From Candidatus Woesebacteria bacterium RIFCSPLOWO2_01_FULL_44_24b (GTDB lineage Bacteria; Patescibacteriota; Microgenomatia; UBA8517), in the NCBI GenBank assembly GCA_001793235.1, contig MGHM01000015.1:1-52175 (forward strand): a stretch of DNA of 52,175 nucleotides, given 5' to 3'. Every line of letters starts with the position of its first letter. The first letter of the stretch is position 1. This document shows positions 1-8,516 of this stretch, one piece after another. The position numbers were made by a program, and so were the translations under genes. A model generated the notes under the pieces. That model made no database searches, was not told the DNA's origin, and saw only the letters and a program-made list of their open reading frames with translations.

Positions 1-678
1 AGCGTATAGCTTCAAGAGAAATAGAAGATCATCTTTTAGTTTGTCACGAACCCAATCCTTTTGTTTAGAATCCAACAAATCTCCGAGCCCGGAAAGCAGT
101 TCAGTTTTTTTGACCCTTTTTACTTTATTTTCGGCCAAGGAAAGAGCATCTTTCAGAGCTAAACCGGATTTTTCCTCAAGCGCTACTTCATTAATCTGCC
201 AGTTGTTGTGAAGAAAAAACCACAGATCAAAAAAATCTCGCATAGCAAGCTTCTTTCTGGTTAAAAGTGCAGATAATTTGCTGGCCAGCATGTCTTCCCG
301 GCCCATAACAAGCATAGAAATTCCCAAGAAATTCAAAGGGGTATAGTTTGAGGAAAATTTTCTTTTTGAGATTTCAACCTTAACAAGCCTTTCACCTTTC
401 TTGTAGCTCAACAGAAAAAAAAGGGTGTTTTTCTTGTCACTTGCGTTGTAAAGAATGCCGTACTTAGATAGAATTTCGGGCAAACGCGCAAAGACCTCAT
501 CTTTTTTTTGCAAGTTGAGTAGATCAAAATCCAAGTCTACAGAAAATCGAGGGAGTTTGTAAAAAAGCATGGCGGCTGTGCCACCCTTAAACCCCAAGGT
601 GTTTCTGAGCACGGCGTCAGAATAAATCTCCCGGAGGATATTAATCAAAATGTTTTTATGAACATTAATATTCAGCAT
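1..678 (-). CDS. abiEii: AbiEii-family nucleotidyltransferase toxin (type IV TA), 3'-partial, runs off the window start
   Basis: Absent from the ORF track; translated by hand from ATG at 678: MLNINVHKNILINILREIYSDAVLRNTLGFKGGTAAMLFYKLPRFSVDLDFDLL... (GGT and RFSxDLDF motifs), later KLSALLTRKKLAMRDFFDLWF. The frame is open to base 1 and overlaps the abiEi stop. Confidence 0.9.
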   Translation of the reverse strand, partial: MLNINVHKNILINILREIYSDAVLRNTLGFKGGTAAMLFYKLPRFSVDLDFDLLNLQKKDEVFARLPEILSKYGILYNASDKKNTLFFLLSYKKGERLVKVEISKRKFSSNYTPLNFLGISMLVMGREDMLASKLSALLTRKKLAMRDFFDLWFFLHNNWQINEVALEEKSGLALKDALSLAENKVKRVKKTELLSGLGDLLDSKQKDWVRDKLKDDLLFLLKLYA

Positions 679-1228
679 AGTCCTTAAGTCTCTTTTCCAA
701 AACCTTGCTTTTGTAAATTTCCTTAAGGGAGTTTACTTTCTCCCAGTTAAGTGGTTTCAAATTGTCAAAATGATAATCTTTATAAACATACAGGGCGTCT
801 AGGAACGCACGCTCTGCCGTGGCAACAAAATAGCCGCTACGCTTCTCAATGCTCTCAATATTTGTAAGCACACTTTCTTTAATCCTCCTGTATTGGATTT
901 CTTGTCCGTTAATCACAACCTTTCTTGTCAAGTAGGATATTGCAAAAATTGTTTCATAATATTGAAATATTATTCCTTCTCTTGCCAATACTGTCTCAAG
1001 ACTAATATAGCTTGGTCTGTAGAGCTTGTTTGCAAGCTCCAAGGGTTCGTATTCCAGCTTCGCATAAACTCCTTGTGTTAACCTCTTTAGTCTTCCTGTT
1101 TTGGTAAAATAATAGAGGCGATCGTTGATGCTTTCGGGAGAAACGCCAGAAAAGAGCTGTGAGACTTCATCCACGGTAAAGACCGTCTCCGGTCGGCTGT
1201 AGAGCTTAGCTATAAAGTTGTTGTTCAT
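665..1228 (-). CDS. abiEi: AbiEi-family antitoxin (N-terminal winged helix)
   Basis: VFTVDEV...LKRLTQGVY, PSYISLETVL and ATAERAFLDALY motifs; lies directly upstream of the AbiEii gene. Confidence 0.88.
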   Translation of the reverse strand: MNNNFIAKLYSRPETVFTVDEVSQLFSGVSPESINDRLYYFTKTGRLKRLTQGVYAKLEYEPLELANKLYRPSYISLETVLAREGIIFQYYETIFAISYLTRKVVINGQEIQYRRIKESVLTNIESIEKRSGYFVATAERAFLDALYVYKDYHFDNLKPLNWEKVNSLKEIYKSKVLEKRLKDYAEY

Positions 1229-1242
1229 TTCTCTACCGAAAA

Positions 1243-1296
1243 CCGTAAATATTACGGCTCTCAGTACACTTTATATGGGTTTTTGGGGTGTGTCAA
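1243..1296 (-). promoter_or_regulatory. sigma70 promoter of the abiE operon with a downstream palindromic operator candidate
   Basis: Minus-strand TTGACA (1291-1296), 17-nt spacer, TAAAGT (1268-1273); inverted repeat CCGTAA-ata-TTACGG at 1243-1257. Confidence 0.6.
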
Positions 1297-1339
1297 GCAA
1301 TACGCGTTACCTACTTGTATTATTTAAATGGAAAGTATG

Positions 1340-1385
1340 CCACTTCGCTTGAGGATGCGACTTCGTCGCCAGCTACGAAGGCACT
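1340..1385. repeat. REP-like GC-rich hairpin element
   Basis: CCACTTCGC (1340-1348) followed by the hairpin CTTCGT-8nt-ACGAAG (1361-1380); shares CCACTTCGC with 8449-8457. Confidence 0.35.
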
Positions 1386-1415
1386 GCCTCTTGTAATTAA
1401 AATTTAGTAGAGTGT

Positions 1416-3023
1416 ATGATATTATCAGAGATGTACAAAAAAATCCTCGTCGTCCTTGTTTTTGTGGCCCTTCTGGTCCAAAGCTTGGCGCTGCCTACGG
1501 CAGCACTAGCCAATACACGTTGGTGGGCACCTACTCTGGATGAATTTAGCAATAAAGTTAGCGGTGCACCACCAGGAGAGATATTCGGGGAACGCTATAC
1601 CCATGCACAAGTATTCTGGATAATCTATACTATCTTTTTGTTCTTTACCGACCCTAGAATGAGCCAATGTGTAGCAATAAACAACGTAGTTGATGGCATC
1701 CTGAATTGTTTAGGGATTCCCCCAGACACAATAGCTGATGCGAGCAATTCTCAAAACGCTTCAACTTATACTCCTGGAGGAATACTGGCTTTTGCAGCTC
1801 TCTCTGACTATATGTTGGCAAAAAGGCCAGCTTCAGGAGTTCAGTATGTGGCCACCAAACTTCAAGATCTTGGGATCCCCACTGCCTACGCCCAAGAGGG
1901 AGGTTTTGGCTTCAACACTTTGGCACCAATACAAACGTTGTGGGCGGCCACCAGAAACGCTGCTTATGCGTTAATGACTCTCGCTGTAGTGTTACTTGCT
2001 TTCATGATAATGTTTCGGACCAGAATTTCCCCTCAGGCGAGTGTTAGCGTCATGACTGCAATACCTAGGGTAATCATTGGTCTTCTACTAATTACTTTCT
2101 CTTTTGCCATAGCTGGGTTCATCATCGATTTAACTTATGTGGCACTGGGTATTGTTGCGGCATTATTTAGCGGGGCTGGACTATTCAGAGATGGAGCCTC
2201 CTTAACAGCGGTTGAGGTCTTTAACGCTATGAATGATGCCGGTGGTGGTTTGGTTGCTATGGCAGCCGCAATATTTCTAATGTTTCTGGCTCCCGCATTA
2301 ATAGCGGGTGCGGTTACAGGCGGAGTGTTGGGGCTTACACTTGGACCTCTTGGCGGTGCAAGTGGGCTCGCCCTTGGAGCACTCGCGCTCTTAATAATAG
2401 TTCTTATTGTTTTAATCATCGCAATCTTGAGAATTTTCTGGATACTACTTCGGACTTATTTGATGATAATACTTCTAGTAATCGCCCTGCCTTTTGGAGC
2501 GCTTGGATATGTTGCTTCAACCGGCACCAATCCGTTCACCATACTACTGCGCTCACTGGTGGCACAGATGTCCGTGTTTGTAACAATTATAATATCTATA
2601 ATGCTTGGCCATGTTATCTTTTGGGGGTTTGGTGCAGCCTTACCACTAAGCACCATACAATTTATGAACCCGTACCATGTTCGAGTTTTTTATGATAGTG
2701 GATTGGCAGGCTTCGGCTTCCCTGGGTTTAGTGGAGCTAATCCATCGCTTCTGGGAGTATTTCTGGGCATAATGACATTGCTCACGGGCCCAAGCCTGGC
2801 AACCAATGTAAGGCAGTGGATTGCCACAGGAAGATTCACAGGAGGCACCGGTTTTGGGCCCACTTTTGTGCCATTTGCGTTGGGTGGTAGAGTCGCCGGA
2901 CAAAATATTGTCACCAGCATTGACAAAAAGGTTGCTGCAGCCACAACGATGACGCCACAATTAAGATTCCTTCAGGGAATAGCAACTATTATACGGGGGG
3001 CAAGCGGAGGGAGAATGAGATAG
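1416..3023 (+). CDS. Polytopic membrane protein, VirB6/TrbL-like component of a CPR T4SS-like locus (start may be 1431)
   Basis: Signal peptide, many Gly/Ala-rich TM helices, IPRVIIGLLLITFSFAIAGFIIDL segment typical of this class, and position upstream of prgI/virB4. Confidence 0.6.
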   Translation: MILSEMYKKILVVLVFVALLVQSLALPTAALANTRWWAPTLDEFSNKVSGAPPGEIFGERYTHAQVFWIIYTIFLFFTDPRMSQCVAINNVVDGILNCLGIPPDTIADASNSQNASTYTPGGILAFAALSDYMLAKRPASGVQYVATKLQDLGIPTAYAQEGGFGFNTLAPIQTLWAATRNAAYALMTLAVVLLAFMIMFRTRISPQASVSVMTAIPRVIIGLLLITFSFAIAGFIIDLTYVALGIVAALFSGAGLFRDGASLTAVEVFNAMNDAGGGLVAMAAAIFLMFLAPALIAGAVTGGVLGLTLGPLGGASGLALGALALLIIVLIVLIIAILRIFWILLRTYLMIILLVIALPFGALGYVASTGTNPFTILLRSLVAQMSVFVTIIISIMLGHVIFWGFGAALPLSTIQFMNPYHVRVFYDSGLAGFGFPGFSGANPSLLGVFLGIMTLLTGPSLATNVRQWIATGRFTGGTGFGPTFVPFALGGRVAGQNIVTSIDKKVAAATTMTPQLRFLQGIATIIRGASGGRMR

Positions 3024-3030
3024 ACAGCTT

Positions 3031-5682
3031 TTACTTTAATTTTAAAGCAAAATGTTCTTGCCTTCTCATCTTTGCCTGATTCTGAACCGCTTCATAATAC
3101 ATGTCTGATCGCTCAGTTGCACCTGGAAGGCCGTAATCAGAGACTAACATTCTAAGTGCAGCACCAATAGATACTTTGGACATATCCTCCGCTTTTAACC
3201 TCTTCAAAATATTTTTACGAATATCAACTCCTCGGTTGTTGATGAAAAGACGTGGCTCTCTGGTTGCCTCATCCACTTTTATATCGTAAATTTCAAGTGG
3301 AATATTTACCAAAAACTCACGGCCTCCTTTCCTATAACTTCCAGCCATAGGTCCTCCGCACATTCCTGCCACGCAAGCTGACAGTAAACCCTCGTTTGTA
3401 AATATTTCTTCAAGTTGTTTATTTTTTCTGGCCTTAGCCAAAGCATTGGCAAGCTTATTTGGAGTGAAATCTTTTTCCAACATGCCAGACATCACGGCAA
3501 AGACTTTTGTCACGGAATCCATAACGTCGCCATATTGTGCTCCCCAAAGCTCGTCGTACTTCAGGTTCCTTGGACGCAAATCGCGAGTGGACGAGACATC
3601 GACTAAACCATCGCCAAGCCTCCGCACTTGCCTTCCTTGTAATTCCAGAATTGCTCGCGCAAAACTTTTTCCATTGAGAGCTCTTGCCTTGCTTTCGTCA
3701 AATTGTGCCATCTCAAAAATACTACAATAAAGTCTGGGGGGGAAGTACTTTGGACCTCTCGAACTTTCTAAATTGTCTGGGTCATACAAATCTCTAAACC
3801 CATCAGCATAAGTTACACCTTGCACATACCAATTTCCCATAGGTCCACCCCATTCTTCTGCTGTAAATGGAGTGTCAAAGGCAGATTTGTCGACAGCTTT
3901 CCTTAACGGATGCATAAAAGCTCTGAATTGTTCAGAGACGACAGTTTTATCATTAATCTTCCTGTCTTGCATGCCGGATTCAGCTGCCCCCCCCACAAAA
4001 AGCATATTCACGACTGATTTTACTGCTGCAGTAGCCAAGAGTTTGGCCTTCTCGTCATCGTTTTCGTTTCTCATCGTCCTGTGCCAATACCCTTTCTCCA
4101 TTTCTCCAGGGTGATTTCTTATAAAATCAGCTAGTTTGTCTATCATTTCACGCTGATATGAAGCAAAATCCGCAAGGTGTCTTTTCCCATCTTCGGAAAG
4201 CTCTATAAACTGTATGTCTCGATTGTCCAGTTTAAAATTCTCGCGAAACATAGTAATAAAAGCTATTCTATGCCCTGGCATTTCCATCCACATATCGTCC
4301 CACGGTTCTGTCGGCCACTCCATAAATTCCGGGTGTGTACTTGCCTCAAGTTTAAGTGGTCCCAGCTCTTGTTTGGTTCGCGAAGAATACGAAAGCCTAC
4401 TCCGAAAGGCAACAACCTTCTGCATCCTCTCGTTCTTAGCGTCTATCTCAGACACTGTTTCCGTCTGGTTTTGATCGGGCACATATATTTGTCTAAACCA
4501 ACCCGGTCTTTCAGCTAGTAAATTTAATGGGTGCATTGGTGCTCGTTGCGCTTCTTGGTCGACAAAATCTTTGTAAGATCTTAAGCTTAGTTCATACATT
4601 TTCTCTTGTGCAGTCGCTGCACGGGTTTGTGCGTCGATCATGGCGGTAAAGTCTGGAGTTGCTCCGCTGGGTGCTGCGGTTGGTGTCGTAGGAGTTCTCC
4701 TGAAAGCAGGCTCTATCTGATTTACTGGTATATCGAGCACCAAAGCCCTACTCCTTGCTTCGCGAATTTGACTGGCTCTGTTTGGGTCAGCTAAACTAGC
4801 AGCCAAGTTACCCACCTCTACAACCCCACCAACCATATCCCCTGCAAGCCTTGGGTCTTTGTATGTTGGATGTTCTTTGGCGTCTTCTTCCACTTCACGC
4901 TGTAAAGCTCTTAGTCTTTCTCGTACATTTGAAGAATCACTTGTTGCAAGAATTTCGTCTATTCTGTCTCTAGTGTCTTTTACGTTGATTGCGGCATGTC
5001 TTTGATAATATCTAATTAAGTCCCCCCTCTTTTGATAAGCGTCCTTAAATTCATTAGAGTCGGTGTCTTCATTCTCTAAAACACCTTTTATCTCTGAATA
5101 TTTAAAGACGGGTCTGTCTTTTTCATAATCGGTCAAATTTTTCCCAAGGACATCTCCGGGCTGGTAGACTATCTCCCGAAGTTTAGTTCGTTCATATTTC
5201 GCTTCCTTTTCTTTATGCTCATCGTCTGTCATGTATAACTCCAGACGAGACATCAATCCTTGCTTTGGCCGTCGCTTTTCCTCTGCAAGCCGCCAAACCA
5301 ACTCAGTGTTTTCAAGCTCAGCTTCTGGCAGCCCTTTTAGATCCGGGATTACATTTCCAATTTGATCTACAATGTCTCTTTTGGAACGATTAAGCTGTTC
5401 GGCAGCTTCGTTTAGATTCTTACTACTAGCCAGTATTTCTTTAGATGCTTTGTCTATTGATCTAAAAACGCCTCCCTCGCCGGCCGTTTCGACAAGCGAC
5501 TTTAATCTAGCCTCAGAGAGTCTTTTTATGGCTTCATCCCCATCAAAATCACCTGCGAGCCGTTTTTGGTTCAACTCACCAAAAGACATTTGGGCAATTG
5601 GAGTGACTTGTCGCCTTTCCCCACCACCATGTTTTCCTGGTATAAATATTTCATTTGGCATATCATTTTCTCCCTCATTCAT
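3031..5682 (-). CDS. Large hypothetical protein (883 aa), charged and helical with a Pro/Thr/Ala linker
   Basis: Long open frame filling the gap between flanking genes; TGCTAAAAT extended -10 upstream; no recognised family. Confidence 0.8.
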   Translation of the reverse strand: MNEGENDMPNEIFIPGKHGGGERRQVTPIAQMSFGELNQKRLAGDFDGDEAIKRLSEARLKSLVETAGEGGVFRSIDKASKEILASSKNLNEAAEQLNRSKRDIVDQIGNVIPDLKGLPEAELENTELVWRLAEEKRRPKQGLMSRLELYMTDDEHKEKEAKYERTKLREIVYQPGDVLGKNLTDYEKDRPVFKYSEIKGVLENEDTDSNEFKDAYQKRGDLIRYYQRHAAINVKDTRDRIDEILATSDSSNVRERLRALQREVEEDAKEHPTYKDPRLAGDMVGGVVEVGNLAASLADPNRASQIREARSRALVLDIPVNQIEPAFRRTPTTPTAAPSGATPDFTAMIDAQTRAATAQEKMYELSLRSYKDFVDQEAQRAPMHPLNLLAERPGWFRQIYVPDQNQTETVSEIDAKNERMQKVVAFRSRLSYSSRTKQELGPLKLEASTHPEFMEWPTEPWDDMWMEMPGHRIAFITMFRENFKLDNRDIQFIELSEDGKRHLADFASYQREMIDKLADFIRNHPGEMEKGYWHRTMRNENDDEKAKLLATAAVKSVVNMLFVGGAAESGMQDRKINDKTVVSEQFRAFMHPLRKAVDKSAFDTPFTAEEWGGPMGNWYVQGVTYADGFRDLYDPDNLESSRGPKYFPPRLYCSIFEMAQFDESKARALNGKSFARAILELQGRQVRRLGDGLVDVSSTRDLRPRNLKYDELWGAQYGDVMDSVTKVFAVMSGMLEKDFTPNKLANALAKARKNKQLEEIFTNEGLLSACVAGMCGGPMAGSYRKGGREFLVNIPLEIYDIKVDEATREPRLFINNRGVDIRKNILKRLKAEDMSKVSIGAALRMLVSDYGLPGATERSDMYYEAVQNQAKMRRQEHFALKLK

Positions 5683-5720
5683 GGCAGACTTTCTTGGGCT
5701 ATTTTAGCACATCTCAAGGC

Positions 5721-5748
5721 AGAACATACAACATAGCGCATAGAACAT
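5721..5748. repeat. Degenerate heptamer tandem array (AGAACAT ACAACAT AGCGCAT AGAACAT)
   Basis: Four consecutive 7-nt units read directly from the intergenic sequence. Confidence 0.75.
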
Positions 5749-5762
5749 GGTAAAATAGTTTC

Positions 5763-6167
5763 ATGAAACTTCCACCTAAAGATAAACTTGAGGAACTCAG
5801 GGTAAAGTACAATTTGCGCCTAGTGCTTTTGCATGGTTCACAAGTTGACGGCCATACTCACAAAGATAGCGACATAGACATTGCCGTTCTTTCAGAAGAC
5901 CCCCAAAAAGACTTTGATCTACTTGAGCTAATTGGAGATTTAACAGATTTATTCCATAGCGACAAAATAGACGTATCTAATTTAAACAGGGCCAATCCCC
6001 TGCTTCTTTTTAATGCCACCCTTAAAGGCGAACTCCTAGCGGGAAAACAAGCTGACTACGAGGCATTAAAACTCCTTGCCTTTAAAAGATTTCACGACTA
6101 CAAACCTTACTTTGAGCTGGAGCACAATTTTGTAAGAGAAAGGACAAAAAGCTATGTCTCCATCTGA
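5763..6167 (+). CDS. mntA: MntA-type minimal nucleotidyltransferase antitoxin (type VII TA)
   Basis: HGSQVDGHTHKDSDIDIAV (GSx10DxD) motif; overlaps the downstream DUF86 gene. Confidence 0.88.
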   Translation: MKLPPKDKLEELRVKYNLRLVLLHGSQVDGHTHKDSDIDIAVLSEDPQKDFDLLELIGDLTDLFHSDKIDVSNLNRANPLLLFNATLKGELLAGKQADYEALKLLAFKRFHDYKPYFELEHNFVRERTKSYVSI

Positions 6168-6585
6168 CTACGAAACCATAAACAGAAAGGTAGAGCGTAT
6201 ATATGAAGATCTTGCACGCCTTGAAAAGGAGAAAAACTTGAGCCTTGAAGAATACCTGACCGATTATGACAAACAGCTCATTATCGAGAGACTACTTGAA
6301 AAAATAGTGGGGAGGATTCTGGATATTAATTATCACATCTTAAGCAAAGAGTTCAAGATCCTTCCAGACGATTATGGTAAGTCGTTCGAAAAATTAGGTA
6401 GAAACATGAATATAGATGTTAGCTTTATTGATGAAATCAAAAAGAGTGCAGGCACCAGAAACGCACTAGTCCATGAATATGACGACTTGGACTTGACCAG
6501 AGTATATTCAGCCTTCCAAAAAAGCCTAACTCAAGTACCAAAATACCTGGATTTAATCCTCAAGAAATTAGACGAGAGGAAATAA
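6154..6585 (+). CDS. hepT: HepT-like HEPN ribonuclease toxin (DUF86)
   Basis: RNALVHEY (Rx4HxY) HEPN motif; paired with the MNT gene. Confidence 0.88.
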   Translation: MSPSDYETINRKVERIYEDLARLEKEKNLSLEEYLTDYDKQLIIERLLEKIVGRILDINYHILSKEFKILPDDYGKSFEKLGRNMNIDVSFIDEIKKSAGTRNALVHEYDDLDLTRVYSAFQKSLTQVPKYLDLILKKLDERK

Positions 6586-6706
6586 AAGAGTGCCACACTT
6601 GTGAAAACCCTCTCCCATTGAAAAAACACCTTCACACTGTAAGCTTAGAGTATAGTCCTTTATTCTTTGGTACAGATAAGTTAGAATAAACGATTTTGCT
6701 TTCGCC

Positions 6707-7729
6707 ATGTTTGAACAGCACCCGGTACCACAACAAATCAGCTCCTACCAGTTTAGGCTCGTGGGTGACATGACCTTAAAGCAGTTTTTCCAGCTTGCGG
6801 CAGGGGCTGTGGTTGGACTTATTATTTATTCCCTTCCTTTGCCGGGATTTTTCAAATGGCCTTTGATTGCTGTGGTCGTTATTGGTGGCGCAGCTTTTGC
6901 TTTTTTGCCCATACAAGACAGGCCCTTAGAGCAGTGGCTCGTAGCATTTTTCCGCTCAATTTATGCCCCCACCATTTTTGTGTGGAAAAAGGCCGACAAG
7001 CCTGAAGAATACTTTGCGCTCGAGGCAACCGTACCTCAACCGGCAATTGCCGAAGATGCCCTGACAGACACCCAACCGCACGATGTTGCCACCCAAACCA
7101 TGGAGCAAAACGAGCAAAACTTCCTGAGCCGCGTGTCTTCAATGTTTGGCGGCAAGCAACTACAAACAATGAATGTTCAACCGCAATCCACCATGCCCGC
7201 ACCGGAACCCGTGACGCCTGTGCCCCAAGCATCCAAGCCGCTTCAGACGGTGCCGGCGCAAGCTCAAGTTGAAGTTAAACCTCGGGGATTTGTCGCCACA
7301 GCTCCATCTACACAGGTAACTTCATCGCCAATCGGTCAAGTGTTTAGCTCAAGTGGCATGGCTCCCGCAAACGCCGCACAATTTTCTCCCGAGGCCGCTC
7401 CGCCCACTCCGCCCACAAGCCCCAATATCATAGTTGGCCAAGTAATGGACGCTAATGGCAAAATAGTTGAGGGGGCAATTTTAGAAATTACCGACTCGGA
7501 AGGTCGGCCTGTGCGGGCCTTAAAGACCAACCGTGCAGGGCACTTTATGATCGTAACCCAGCTAACTAGCGGCGAATATAGCCTCACTACTGAAAAAGAA
7601 GAATTGTCTTTCAAGCCTGTTAAATTGACCTTAACAGGTGCCATAGTTGACCCGATTGCGATTAAGTCCGAGGATGCTATGGCCGCTTCCCCTGCACCAG
7701 AAGGCCGGGCGGTATGGGCACCACAATAA
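6707..7729 (+). CDS. PrgI-family protein with P/Q/A-rich linker and C-terminal carboxypeptidase-regulatory-like beta domain
   Basis: MFEQHPVPQQISSYQFRLVGDMTLKQF N-terminus, 2 TM helices and RPLEQWL; C-terminal GQVMDANGKIVEGAILEI...KTNRAGHF. Confidence 0.8.
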   Translation: MFEQHPVPQQISSYQFRLVGDMTLKQFFQLAAGAVVGLIIYSLPLPGFFKWPLIAVVVIGGAAFAFLPIQDRPLEQWLVAFFRSIYAPTIFVWKKADKPEEYFALEATVPQPAIAEDALTDTQPHDVATQTMEQNEQNFLSRVSSMFGGKQLQTMNVQPQSTMPAPEPVTPVPQASKPLQTVPAQAQVEVKPRGFVATAPSTQVTSSPIGQVFSSSGMAPANAAQFSPEAAPPTPPTSPNIIVGQVMDANGKIVEGAILEITDSEGRPVRALKTNRAGHFMIVTQLTSGEYSLTTEKEELSFKPVKLTLTGAIVDPIAIKSEDAMAASPAPEGRAVWAPQ

Positions 7730-7751
7730 GCAAGCGTACTCATGAAATAAC

Positions 7752-8516
7752 ATGCAAAAAATTCCAATACCAAAAACACCAATCTTTAACACTCCGGACA
7801 CGCCTTTGGTGGGCACCACCCAAGGGCACCTTCCCTTGGCTGACGTTATCGACGGCATTGTTATGTACAAAGACGGAGGCGCAGCAGTCATCCTTGAATC
7901 AACATCCCTTAACTTCGGGCTCTTGAGTGAGCGTGAACAGGAGGCAGTGGTCGCAGCCTACGCTGCCCTCATCAACAGCCTATCATTCTCCATTCAAGTG
8001 GTTATTCGCACCCAGAGAAAAGACATCACCCAATACATTCAATACATCGACGATGCCGCAATTAAAATTCAAAGCCCTAAGCTTGCCTCCTTAATGCAAA
8101 GTTACCGCAACTTTGTGCTTGAGACCACCAAGAAAAGAAACGTTTTAGGCAAGCGCTTTTTTCTGGTTATCCCCTTTTCACCGCTGGAGCTTGGAGTTAC
8201 CCAATCTTTTAAACTTTTGACTCAAAGGAAGGGTCCATTGCCCTACACCAAAGACTATGTTTTGAAAAAGGCTAAAGTGGCGCTTCTGCCCAAACGAGAC
8301 CACTTAATCCGCCAAGGGGCTAGACTTGGGCTTCGTTTGAGGCAACTTACCAGCGAGCAGGTTACCGAGCTCCTATATAATGTTTATAATCCACCCAAGG
8401 AAACTGTTAAGGAAAATAAAGAAGCAAGTGAGTTGGAAGAAAAAGACCCCACTTCGCCGGAGGCAGGCTCCGCGCGAGCAAGCTCGTCGCAGGGGCAAGG
8501 GAGCCAACAGAAATGA
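7752..8516 (+). CDS. VirB4-associated (TraC/TcpE-like) T4SS protein
   Basis: LNFGLLSEREQ...YAALINSLSFSIQVVIRTQRKDI and KRFFLVIPF motifs; lies between prgI and virB4 with an ATGA overlap. Confidence 0.6.
   Translation: MQKIPIPKTPIFNTPDTPLVGTTQGHLPLADVIDGIVMYKDGGAAVILESTSLNFGLLSEREQEAVVAAYAALINSLSFSIQVVIRTQRKDITQYIQYIDDAAIKIQSPKLASLMQSYRNFVLETTKKRNVLGKRFFLVIPFSPLELGVTQSFKLLTQRKGPLPYTKDYVLKKAKVALLPKRDHLIRQGARLGLRLRQLTSEQVTELLYNVYNPPKETVKENKEASELEEKDPTSPEAGSARASSSQGQGSQQK
8447..8498. repeat. REP-like GC-rich double hairpin in the C-terminal coding region
   Basis: CCACTTCGC followed by CGGAG-gcagg-CTCCG (8458-8472) and CGAG-caag-CTCG (8475-8486); encodes a low-complexity tail PTSPEAGSARASSSQGQ. 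Confidence 0.4.
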
